From NCBI GenBank assembly GCA_902563505.1, contig CACEXK010000003.1, forward strand, positions 19,076 through 83,075: a stretch of 64,000 nucleotides of DNA. Direction: 5' to 3'. Positions within the stretch are counted from its first letter, which is position 1, and each line of letters opens with the position of its first letter. The notes under the pieces are model-generated. The model was not told the origin of the DNA and did no database searches. It saw only the letters and a program-made list of their open reading frames with translations. Positions 37,537 to 46,348 of this stretch are shown one piece after another. The position numbers were made by a program, and so were the translations under genes. This DNA is from an uncultured Alphaproteobacteria bacterium (GTDB lineage Bacteria > Pseudomonadota > Alphaproteobacteria > Methylaequorales > Methylaequoraceae).

Positions 37537-37551
37537 GTTCTATTAATGTTC
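37537..37551. promoter_or_regulatory. Putative alphaproteobacterial-type LexA (SOS) box
   Basis: GTTC-TATTAAT-GTTC is an exact GTTC-N7-GTTC direct repeat. It sits 4 nt upstream of the recA start codon and downstream of a TATAAT (minus strand, 37574-37579). Confidence 0.6.
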
Positions 37552-37593
37552 TATCAGATATTAACATTCAAAAATTATAAAGCAATAGATTTT

Positions 37594-38031
37594 TTAATAT
37601 TCTTTTTCCTTATAAACTTTTTCAAACTTCTCGTGCATTTCCTGAGCCTCAATTGATAGCGTTGCAATAGGTCTTGCCTTCAGCCTCGCGATTGAAATAG
37701 GTTGATTTGTTTCTTCACAATAGCCGTAAGTACCATCATCAATTTTCTTTAATGCTTTATTAATCTTACTCAATAATTTTCTTTCCCTGTCACGAGTTCT
37801 TAGCTCAAGACTTCTTTCCGACTCAATAGATGCTCTATCTGCGTTATCTGGTTTATTAGAAGATTCTTCTTTGAGATGATCTAATGTATTTGATGATTCT
37901 TTTAGTAAATCGTCTTTCCATGTCAATAACAATTGCTTAAAGTACTCAACCTGACGCGGATTCATAAATTTTTCTTTATCACTTGGTTCGTATGATCTTT
38001 TTCGGCTTTTTATATTATTTTTCTTTATCAT
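37594..38031 (-). CDS. dksA: RNA polymerase-binding transcription factor DksA (cysteine-poor variant)
   Basis: A coiled-coil with acidic tip region is followed by the C-terminal globular segment YGYCEETNQPISIARLKARPIATLSIEAQ. Only one of the four canonical Zn-finger cysteines is present. Confidence 0.88.
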   Translation of the reverse strand: MIKKNNIKSRKRSYEPSDKEKFMNPRQVEYFKQLLLTWKDDLLKESSNTLDHLKEESSNKPDNADRASIESERSLELRTRDRERKLLSKINKALKKIDDGTYGYCEETNQPISIARLKARPIATLSIEAQEMHEKFEKVYKEKEY

Positions 38032-38081
38032 TGAGTTTCACAAAAGAATTTTTATGCACTATATTTATAATCGACAAAAAA

Positions 38082-38597
38082 ATGAATCAAGTAAAATTTA
38101 AAAAATATCAAAAAGCCGTTTTCTTGGATCGAGATGGAGTTATAAACAAAGATATTGGTTACCTTAATAAAATCAATGATTTCGAATGGATTGAAGGTGC
38201 AAAAGAATCAATTAAGTTTCTTAAAGATAGTGGTTTTCTGGTTATTGTAATAACCAATCAATCGGGTGTTGGAAGAGGTTTTTATTCAGAAAAAGATGTA
38301 GAATATCTTCATAAATGGATAAATGACCAGTTAAAAAAGGAAAAAACAAAAATTGATGATTTTTTCTTTTCAACAGATCTTCCTAACTCTGGAGAAAATT
38401 CTGACAGAAAGCCTTCTCCAAAAATGATTTTTCATGCTGCAGAAAAACACAAACTTGACCTGAAGCAATGTTTTTTAATTGGTGACAAACCAAGTGATAT
38501 CAAAGCAGCAGAAAATGCAGGAATATTGGGATTTTTATTTAAAAAAGGAAATTTATTGGACAAAGTGAAAAAAATTTTACAAGATCATTTCAATTAG
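38082..38597 (+). CDS. gmhB: HAD-IIIA phosphatase, D,D-heptose 1,7-bisphosphate phosphatase (GmhB)/histidinol-phosphatase-like
   Basis: HAD motifs are present: FLDRDGVIN, TNQSGVGRG, RKPSPKM, IGDKPSDI. The start was moved to the ATG at 38082, because the track start 37983 overlaps dksA and encodes a low-complexity hydrophobic extension. Confidence 0.75.
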   Translation: MNQVKFKKYQKAVFLDRDGVINKDIGYLNKINDFEWIEGAKESIKFLKDSGFLVIVITNQSGVGRGFYSEKDVEYLHKWINDQLKKEKTKIDDFFFSTDLPNSGENSDRKPSPKMIFHAAEKHKLDLKQCFLIGDKPSDIKAAENAGILGFLFKKGNLLDKVKKILQDHFN

Positions 38598-38640
38598 AAA
38601 AAAAAGTCCAATATTATATAAAAAAATATATAAATATTAA

Positions 38641-40308
38641 ATGCTAAACATTAATAAAAATAAAAAGTTTTATCCTAAGGGAAGAAATGTAAATGAACCC
38701 GATGTTAAAGAGATAAAAAAACTAATCAGTTCTCTTCCTCTCAGAAGAGATTTGTTAATTGAATACCTGCACTTAATTCAAGACAAATACAATGAGATTA
38801 GAAAAAAACATCTTGCAGCCTTGTCTGAAATTCTCAAAATTCCTTTTGCAGAATCCTTTGAAGTTGCTACCTTCTACGCACACTTTGATGTTATTGATGA
38901 TGATGCGCCAGGCATTCAAGATTTAACAATAAGAGTTTGTGATAGTTTAACATGTGAGTTATTTGGTTCAGAAAAGTTGATTAAAGAACTCAGAACAAAC
39001 CTTGATAAAAAAAAAGTTAGGGTGCTAAGAGCACCTTGCATGGGACTGTGCGATAAAGCCCCTGCCTGTGAAGTTGGGCATAAACACCTAACTTTTACTG
39101 ACTTGAATAAAGTAAAAAAAGTAATCTCAAAAAATGATTATCACCCTGAAATAATAGCAGGAAAAGAGCTAGATGAATATGTAAAAAATGGTGGGTATAA
39201 GATTTTAGAAAAATGTTATTCAAAAAAATTAAGTGTGGGAGAGGTAATAGAAGAACTTGAAAAATCAGGACTAAAAGGAATGGGAGGAGCTGGTTTTCCA
39301 TCGGGCCAAAAATGGAAATTTGTTAGAATGGAACCAGGCCCAAGACTCATGACAATTAACGGAGATGAAGGAGAGCCTGGTACATTTAAGGATAAACTTT
39401 ATCTTGAGGAAAATATGCATAAGTTTTTTGAGGGAATGTTAATTGCTGCTTGGGCTGTTGAAGCAAAAGATGTCTACATTTACATGAGGGATGAGTATCC
39501 TGGTATTAGAATAAAAATGATTGATGAGTTAAAAAAGTTAAAAAATAAACAAATCATAGATAAAGACACTAATATTCATATAAGAAGAGGTGCTGGAGCC
39601 TATATTTGTGGAGAAGAATCTGCTATGATCGAATCTATAGAAGGTAAAAGAGGCTTGCCTCGTCATAAACCTCCATTTGTCTCTAAAGTTGGTTTGTATG
39701 GAAAACCAACGCTCAATCATAATATTGAAACAGTCTTCTGGGTTCCTGATATTTTGAAAAACGGACATGACTGGTACAGTAAACAAGGAAAAAATGGGCA
39801 CAAAGGGCCTCATAGCTATTCTGTATCAGGTAGAGTTAAAAATCCAGGAGTTAAATTGGCTCCTGCAGGGATTACAATGAATGAGCTTTTAAATGATTAT
39901 TGTGGCGGAATGGATCATGGCCATAATTTCCTGGGTTATCTTCCCGGAGGAGCATCTGGTGGAATCTTGCCAGCTACTATGGCTGATATCCCCTTGGATT
40001 TTGGAACTTTAGAAAAACATGGTTGTTTCATTGGTTCTGGAGCAGTAATTGTTTTTTCAGATAAAGATGATGTAAAAAAGGTCGCTCTTAACTTACTTAA
40101 ATTCTTTAATGATGAAAGTTGCGGACAATGCACACCATGTAGGGTTGGAACAGAGAAGGCTGTAAAACTTATGGAAAAAAATAATTGGAATGAAAAACTC
40201 CTTAGGGAATTGGTACAAACAATGGGAGATGCCTCTATTTGTGGTTTAGGACAAGCAGCGGGAAATCCAATCACTTGCACTTTTAATTACTTTAAAGATC
40301 GTATATAA
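38641..40308 (+). CDS. fdsB: NAD-dependent formate dehydrogenase diaphorase subunit (fused NuoE-like + NuoF-like; FdsG/FdsB-type)
   Basis: The N-terminal part carries NuoE-type Cys residues (RVCDSLTCE...APCMGLCDKAPAC). It is followed by a NuoF-type FMN/NADH site (GMGGAGFPSGQKWKF, NGDEGEPGTFKD) and an N3 cluster motif (CGQCTPCRVG...CGLGQ). Confidence 0.88.
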   Translation: MLNINKNKKFYPKGRNVNEPDVKEIKKLISSLPLRRDLLIEYLHLIQDKYNEIRKKHLAALSEILKIPFAESFEVATFYAHFDVIDDDAPGIQDLTIRVCDSLTCELFGSEKLIKELRTNLDKKKVRVLRAPCMGLCDKAPACEVGHKHLTFTDLNKVKKVISKNDYHPEIIAGKELDEYVKNGGYKILEKCYSKKLSVGEVIEELEKSGLKGMGGAGFPSGQKWKFVRMEPGPRLMTINGDEGEPGTFKDKLYLEENMHKFFEGMLIAAWAVEAKDVYIYMRDEYPGIRIKMIDELKKLKNKQIIDKDTNIHIRRGAGAYICGEESAMIESIEGKRGLPRHKPPFVSKVGLYGKPTLNHNIETVFWVPDILKNGHDWYSKQGKNGHKGPHSYSVSGRVKNPGVKLAPAGITMNELLNDYCGGMDHGHNFLGYLPGGASGGILPATMADIPLDFGTLEKHGCFIGSGAVIVFSDKDDVKKVALNLLKFFNDESCGQCTPCRVGTEKAVKLMEKNNWNEKLLRELVQTMGDASICGLGQAAGNPITCTFNYFKDRI

Positions 40309-40330
40309 TCCTGTTTAATTAAGTTTATTT

Positions 40331-43087
40331 ATGGTTGAATTTTTTTTAAATAATAAAAAAGTAAAAGCTAATGAAAACGAAACCATATGGCAAGTTGCCA
40401 AAAAAAATGGGATAGTACTTCCTCACCTATGTTTTTCCGACAAACCTGGTTATAGAGCAGATGGAAATTGTAGGGCATGTATGGTTTCTGTTGAAGGAGA
40501 GAGAGTTCTCGCTGCCTCTTGTATAAGAAAACCATCAGAGGGTATGAAAGTTTTCACTGACGATGAAAGGTCAGAAAAATCAAGAAAAATGATTTTTGAA
40601 CTACTCGTAACTGACCAACCAGAAAAATCAAGCTGTCATGATCCTGACTCGCACTTTTGGAAGATAGCAGATGATCTAAAAGTTTCAAATAGTCGATTCG
40701 ATAAAAGGGATAAAAGAGATGTTCCTGAGTCCGATAATTCTCATGTAGCAATGGCTGTGAATCTCGATGCATGTATAAATTGTAATCTTTGCGTTCGAGC
40801 GTGTAGAGAAGTACAAGTTAATGATGTTATTGGTATGGGTAATCGAGGACATACTTCTCAAGTAATTTTTGATTTTGATGATCCAATGGGTGATTCTTCG
40901 TGTGTAAGCTGTGGAGAATGTGTCCAAGCATGCCCCACTGGTGCATTAATGGAATCAAACCTTTTAGATAAAAAAGGTAAAAAAATAGTAAAACCTGACA
41001 GAAAGGTTGATTCTCTTTGCCCTTATTGCGGTGTTGGGTGTCAGCTAACATATAATATAAAAGAAGAAAAAATAGTTTCCGTTGATGGAAGAGAGGGACC
41101 AGCCAATCACAACAGACTTTGTGTTAAAGGAAGATTTGGTTTTGACTATGTTCATAACCCAGAAAGAATAACCAAACCTCTGATCAGAAAGGAAGGAGTA
41201 AAAAAGGATCCAAAAGAAAGAGTTGACCCTTTAAACCCACTATCCCATTTCAGAGAGGCTACTTGGGATGAAGCACTTGACCTTGCAGCAAAAAAACTAA
41301 AAAATATCAGGGATTCCAAAGATGGTGATAAAGCGCTTGCTGGTTTTGGATGCGCAAAAGGTTCTAATGAAGAGGCATATCTTTTTCAAAAATTAGTAAG
41401 AATTGGATTTAAAAATAATAATGTTGATCATTGTACAAGAATGTGTCACGCCTCATCAGTTGCCGCTCTAATGGAAGCTATCGGAACGGGTGCAGTCACG
41501 GCTCCTGTCTCAGAAGTTAAAAATGCAGATGTTGCAATTGTTATTGGTGCAAGACCAACTCAAAACCATCCAGTTGCTGCTACTTTTATAAAAAATGCAG
41601 TCAAAAATGGATTAAAACTCATAATAATGGATCCTAGGAAACAAGATTTATCAAGAATTGCTGAGAAAAGTCTTCAATTCAAACCTGGTGCAGATGTCGC
41701 TCTGCTGAATGCCATGATAAACACAATTATAGAGGAAGGTCTTGTTGATAGACAATATATTGAAAAAAATACAGATGGTTACAGGGAACTTAAAGAACAT
41801 GTAAAAGATTTTACACCTGAAGAAATGACAAATATTTGTGGTATTTCTCCAAATGAAATAAGAGAAACGGCCAGACTATTTGCGAATGCTAAGTCCGCAA
41901 TGATTTTTTGGGGAATGGGTATATCTCAACATATTCACGGAACAGATAATTCAAGATGCCTGATCTCTTTGGCACTTCTTACTGGTAATGTAGGAAGAGA
42001 GGGTACAGGGTTACACCCTCTTAGGGGACAAAATAATGTTCAAGGAGCATCTGACATGGGGCTTATCCCAATGGTACTTCCAGATTATCTCCCAATTGCA
42101 AATCAGGAAAATGTGAAATTTTTTGAGAAATATTGGAATTGTGAGATCAATCCCAATCCTGGCCTAACTGTAGTTGAAATTATGGAGTCGATATACGAAA
42201 AAAAAATTAAAGGTCTTTATGTAATGGGTGAGAATCCCGCCATGTCAGACCCCAATGCCAATCACGCAAGAGAGGCACTTGCTAAACTAGATGCACTTGT
42301 TGTTCAGGATATTTTCTTGACAGAAACAGCATATCTTGCAGATATTGTTTTACCAGCCTCAGCATTTCCAGAAAAAACAGGAACATTTACAAACACTGAT
42401 AGGAGAGTCCAGCTTGCTAGAAAAGCAATAAATCCTCCAGGAGATGCAAAACAGGATCTCTGGATAATTCAAGAACTTGCTAAAAGAATGGGGCTAGATT
42501 GGAACTACTCTGGACCAGATGAAGTTTATGATGAATTAAGCGGTTGCATGGAATCAATGCAAAACATCAGTTGGGAGAGGCTGGTAAATGAGGGAGCTGT
42601 GACCTATCCATGCGATGATTCTGATAAACCTGGAAATGAGGTTATATTTGGTGAAGGTTTTCCAACAGAAAACAAAAAAGGTAGATTGGTTCCTGCAAAA
42701 ATTGTATCTCCAGATGAAACTCCGGATTCTAGCTTTCCACTAATCCTAACAACAGGAAGACTTCTAGAACATTGGCATACCGGTTCTATGACTTTAAGAT
42801 CTAAAGTTTTGAGCACAATTGAACCTCAACCATATGTGAATATGTCCAAAAATGAGATGAAAAAAAATAATTTTTCTCAAGATGAAACTGTTGAATTATC
42901 AACCAGAAGAGGAAAAGTTAGTGTAAAAGTGAGACTGGATAAAATGATTCCTGATGGAATGGTATTCATGCCTTTTTGCTTTGAAAATGCACCTGCCAAT
43001 TTGCTTACCAACCAAGCTTTGGATCCAGATGGAAAAATACCTGAGTTAAAATACTGTGCCGCAAAAATTGAAAAAATTAGCGCTTAA
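40331..43087 (+). CDS. fdsA: Formate dehydrogenase catalytic (molybdopterin) subunit, NAD-dependent type, Cys-containing
   Basis: N-terminal 2Fe-2S and 4Fe-4S ferredoxin motifs are followed by a bis-MGD domain. The active-site region is HCTRMCHASSVAAL, with a TGT Cys codon at 41444-41446 and no TGA. Confidence 0.92.
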   Translation: MVEFFLNNKKVKANENETIWQVAKKNGIVLPHLCFSDKPGYRADGNCRACMVSVEGERVLAASCIRKPSEGMKVFTDDERSEKSRKMIFELLVTDQPEKSSCHDPDSHFWKIADDLKVSNSRFDKRDKRDVPESDNSHVAMAVNLDACINCNLCVRACREVQVNDVIGMGNRGHTSQVIFDFDDPMGDSSCVSCGECVQACPTGALMESNLLDKKGKKIVKPDRKVDSLCPYCGVGCQLTYNIKEEKIVSVDGREGPANHNRLCVKGRFGFDYVHNPERITKPLIRKEGVKKDPKERVDPLNPLSHFREATWDEALDLAAKKLKNIRDSKDGDKALAGFGCAKGSNEEAYLFQKLVRIGFKNNNVDHCTRMCHASSVAALMEAIGTGAVTAPVSEVKNADVAIVIGARPTQNHPVAATFIKNAVKNGLKLIIMDPRKQDLSRIAEKSLQFKPGADVALLNAMINTIIEEGLVDRQYIEKNTDGYRELKEHVKDFTPEEMTNICGISPNEIRETARLFANAKSAMIFWGMGISQHIHGTDNSRCLISLALLTGNVGREGTGLHPLRGQNNVQGASDMGLIPMVLPDYLPIANQENVKFFEKYWNCEINPNPGLTVVEIMESIYEKKIKGLYVMGENPAMSDPNANHAREALAKLDALVVQDIFLTETAYLADIVLPASAFPEKTGTFTNTDRRVQLARKAINPPGDAKQDLWIIQELAKRMGLDWNYSGPDEVYDELSGCMESMQNISWERLVNEGAVTYPCDDSDKPGNEVIFGEGFPTENKKGRLVPAKIVSPDETPDSSFPLILTTGRLLEHWHTGSMTLRSKVLSTIEPQPYVNMSKNEMKKNNFSQDETVELSTRRGKVSVKVRLDKMIPDGMVFMPFCFENAPANLLTNQALDPDGKIPELKYCAAKIEKISA

Positions 43088-43093
43088 ATATAA

Positions 43094-44852
43094 CTATTCC
43101 TTCATGTGATGTTTTTTGTCTACTGGCCCAATAAGTAGATTCGAAACAAATGCAATTGCCAAAAGTCCAGCCATTGCAAACATCGTAGAGTTATAAAGTG
43201 TTGTTGATGGATTGATTGTACCTTCAGGCATGTAAGGCATTAAATTTGAAATTGTTACTGTTTTTTGTTGAACCAGTAATGATAAATTTTCCAATGGTGC
43301 ACCATAAATCTCTTGAAATTTTTCGGGTGTAATCTTTGAAACTAAATCGGCTATAGCATCATCAACAGATTTTTGACGAAGTTGAGTTATAGCTACTGGC
43401 CCTAGGACACCAGCAGTTGACCATGCAGTTAATAGCCTACCATGTATTCCACCAACATATTTAGTACCAAAAATGTCAGCAAGATATGCAGGAATTGTGG
43501 CAAAGCCTCCACCATACATTGTAAAAATTATCATTGATGCAGCGTAAAACATAATTAAATATGTTACAGTTGGATCAACACTCATTGCTTTAGCAGTGAA
43601 AGGAATAGATAAATAGAGTAATATTCCTAAAGAGAAAAATATGAAGTAAGTTGTTTTTCTTCCAATAAAGTCAGACATAGATGCCCAAAATATTCTTCCA
43701 ACCATATTAAAAACACTTATCATTAAAACATAAGTTCCGGCAAAACCAGCCGTAACAATTGCCGGCAAACTCGGTTGAAAGATTTCAATCATCATAGTTT
43801 TTGCAACACCAATGACTCCAATCCCAGCCGAAACATTAAAACACAAAACAATCCATAGAAAATAAAATTGGGGTGTTTTTAATGCTTGATCAATGTGAAC
43901 ATTATTTTTTGTAATCAATCTTGTTTTTTTGGAATCCTTAGGTGGTGTCCAACCCTCGGGCTTCCAGCCTTCGGCAGGAACTCTGTAAGAAAAAGCTGCA
44001 ATCGTCATTATTAAAAAATATACAATCCCTAAAAAAAGAAAGGTTTGTGCCGCACCACTTGAACCAGTTCCAACAATATATACTCCTGTATCTCCAGGCA
44101 CAATCATCTTGGCTATATCATTAGCTGTAACAACTACAACTTCAGTCAAGTTTCCAGCAATATCAACAAATCTTCTTCCTCCTTCAGTTACCAATTTAAC
44201 AGAGTCTAAAGAGCCCAAATATTCAGGTGCTTTATAAAATTTCGCTAATAATCTATCTATTGACACTTTTGCGATCATTGCACCACCTCCAAATCCCATT
44301 ATGGCCATACCAGTTGCCATCCCCCTTCTATCTGGAAACCATCTAATCAGAGTGGATACTGGAGAAACATATCCAAGGCCAAGGCCAATTCCACCTATTA
44401 TTCCATAGCCTAGATAAAGAAGATATAACCCAAGCCTTAAAACAATCGGCTCTGAACTAAGCATTGGCAATGACAGCGATATTTGAACTCCAATTTCCTG
44501 TAAATATATTCCTAGGGAACCAATCAAAAAACCCCCCCCCCCAACAACAAGCCGCAACAAATCCAACCATACGCGGACCAACTTCTTCCAGCCACTTTCC
44601 TGCATATGCAGCAGCCAAACCCAACGAAACAATTGCTACGGAAAAAATCCATACCACTTGACCAAGATTCCAATCATCTCCTGATGATGTAACAACACCT
44701 AAAACCTTAACTAAGGCTGGGTTAAACATACTCCAAGCATAGACAGAACCAATACACAAATGAATGGCAATCGATGCTGGTGGAACAAGCCATCTATTAA
44801 AGCCTGGTTTTGCGACAATATTGCTTTTGTGGAGTGAATCGTAAAAACTCAT
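43094..44852 (-). pseudogene. OFA-family (oxalate/formate antiporter-like) MFS transporter, interrupted by a frameshift
   Basis: Two overlapping ORFs (44457-44852 and 43094-44632) encode the N-terminal and remaining parts of one MFS protein. They join as ...VAACCWGGG/FLIGSLGIY... A 1-nt deletion or a 2-nt insertion in the G11 tract (coding strand) would restore a ~585-aa reading frame. Confidence 0.8.
44532..44542 (-). repeat. Homopolymer tract C11 (G11 on the coding strand) at the MFS frameshift site
   Basis: The plus strand reads aaaaaa-ccccccccccc-aacaac. This is the longest G/C run I noticed in an otherwise AT-rich window. Confidence 0.95.
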
Positions 44853-45481
44853 TTTAAATTTCCTTCTTCTAAATTTAACAACTCAAAAATATCATTTGCT
44901 CTTTTCAAGTCATCTGGGCTATTGACATTAAAGAATGGATCATAACTAATAAACGAAAAGTTTACTACCCTGGTTTGAATTTTTTTTGTAAAATCTTCAA
45001 TCTTTCTTATACCTTTACCCAATGATTTTTTTAAATTATCTGATAATTCTATTCGCCACATTGAAAAAACAGGATGTAATCTATTATTACTCTTAGCCAT
45101 GACAATTTTTTCATCAATCAGATTATCCATGAATTTATTCACTAAATCATTCGGAAAAAAAGGAGAATCAACAGGAAAAAATATTACCCACTTGCAATTA
45201 CCATTATTTTTTTTTGCCCACTCTAGGCCTGTTAAAATTCCTGCCAAAGGCCCAAGATTTCCCTTTATACAATCAGGAATTATTTCTAAATCATATTTTT
45301 TGCTCAAAGCATTTCTTTTACTGTTAGAATTAATTGCTAAAGAATTAACTTGTTTTAATGCTCTCTCAATAACAAGATCTAGCATATTTATTTTTTTAAT
45401 CTTTTTAAAAGATTTATCCGATCCCATTCTCCTGGATTTACCTCCAGAAAGAATAATTCCCACAACATCATTATGAATCAT
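44849..45481 (-). CDS. mobA: Molybdenum cofactor guanylyltransferase
   Basis: GIILSGGKSRRMGSDKSF and ...GPLAGILTGLEWA... are present. The start was placed at Met-20 of the track ORF (MIHNDVV...), which still overlaps the fdhD stop by 11 nt. Confidence 0.85.
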   Translation of the reverse strand: MIHNDVVGIILSGGKSRRMGSDKSFKKIKKINMLDLVIERALKQVNSLAINSNSKRNALSKKYDLEIIPDCIKGNLGPLAGILTGLEWAKKNNGNCKWVIFFPVDSPFFPNDLVNKFMDNLIDEKIVMAKSNNRLHPVFSMWRIELSDNLKKSLGKGIRKIEDFTKKIQTRVVNFSFISYDPFFNVNSPDDLKRANDIFELLNLEEGNLK

Positions 45482-46289
45482 CTTCAATTCTACTATCTCC
45501 TGAAAGAACAAAAAATTTTTTTCCTTTTGCTCTTCCAATAAGCGTTAAATCTGCTTGTCTTGCCAACTCCACACCCCAAGCTGTGAAACCTGATCTTGAA
45601 ATAACAATTGGTATCCTCATCTTTACAGCTTTGATAACCATTTCACTAGTTAGTCTTCCAGTAGTGTAAAAGATTTTATTTTCAGGTAAAATTTTATTCA
45701 TCATCATATAACCAGCTATCTTATCAATAGCATTGTGTCTTCCAACATCTTCCATATAAATTATTGGTTTGTTTCTTTCACACAAAACACATCCATGAAT
45801 AGCGCCTGCTTTTAAATAAAGACTTGGGGTAAGGTTTATTTTTTTGGATAATTCATAAATCCACGATTTTTTTAACTTTAATTTATGATTAAATTTTATT
45901 TTATTAAAGCTTTCCATTATGTCACCAAAAAGTGTTCCTTGGGCACAACCAGATGTTAAAATTTTTTTTTTTAGTTTTTTCTGATAATCAGTTTTATTAA
46001 CTGTTCGAACAACAATTAAACTTAATTCATCGTCATAATCTATGGATACAATTTTAGTTTTTAGTGTAATCATATTTTGATTTAATAAATAACCTATAGC
46101 CAAATACTCAGGATAATCATTTATAGTCATCATCGTAACAATCTCTTGATCATTTAAAAATAAAGTAAGAGGTTTTTCCTCAATCACATCTATTCTCTTT
46201 TTTTTCAACTCTTCATTTAAGCCAACCAACTTTTTAGTTAATTTTTTATCTTCAATATTTGGTTTGATTTTCATCTTATAAACTTTCAA
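45471..46289 (-). CDS. fdhD: Formate dehydrogenase accessory sulfurtransferase FdhD/FdsC
   Basis: ...EDVGRHNAIDKIAGYMM... and ...ISRSGFTAWGVELA... are present. The Cys loop reads TSGCAQG, with a single Cys rather than the enteric CGVCG. Confidence 0.85.
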   Translation of the reverse strand: MKVYKMKIKPNIEDKKLTKKLVGLNEELKKKRIDVIEEKPLTLFLNDQEIVTMMTINDYPEYLAIGYLLNQNMITLKTKIVSIDYDDELSLIVVRTVNKTDYQKKLKKKILTSGCAQGTLFGDIMESFNKIKFNHKLKLKKSWIYELSKKINLTPSLYLKAGAIHGCVLCERNKPIIYMEDVGRHNAIDKIAGYMMMNKILPENKIFYTTGRLTSEMVIKAVKMRIPIVISRSGFTAWGVELARQADLTLIGRAKGKKFFVLSGDSRIEDDS

Positions 46290-46348
46290 TTAAAACTAAT
46301 TTATTAATTAAAACTTTAATATTAAAATAAAACTAGTAAAAGTTAATT

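Noticed and set aside
37983-38081. N-terminal extensions proposed by the ORF track for gmhB-like (37983), icd (32452), map (59576) and mobA (45538).
   Set aside because: The extensions are hydrophobic or low-complexity and overlap the neighbouring gene. They precede an internal Met that aligns with the conserved family N-terminus, so the downstream starts were used.
41444-41446. Possible selenocysteine (TGA recoding plus a SECIS element) in the formate dehydrogenase catalytic subunit.
   Set aside because: The active-site position is a normal TGT Cys codon (HCTRMCHAS), and the ORF is uninterrupted. No recoding is needed.
46290-46348. Moco riboswitch upstream of moaA, the Mop/ABC genes or fdsB, and a preQ1 riboswitch upstream of queC, queD or queF.
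   Set aside because: The relevant spacers are only 59, 35, 43 and 30 nt, or the genes overlap. The spacers are almost pure A/T, too short and unstructured for these RNA elements.
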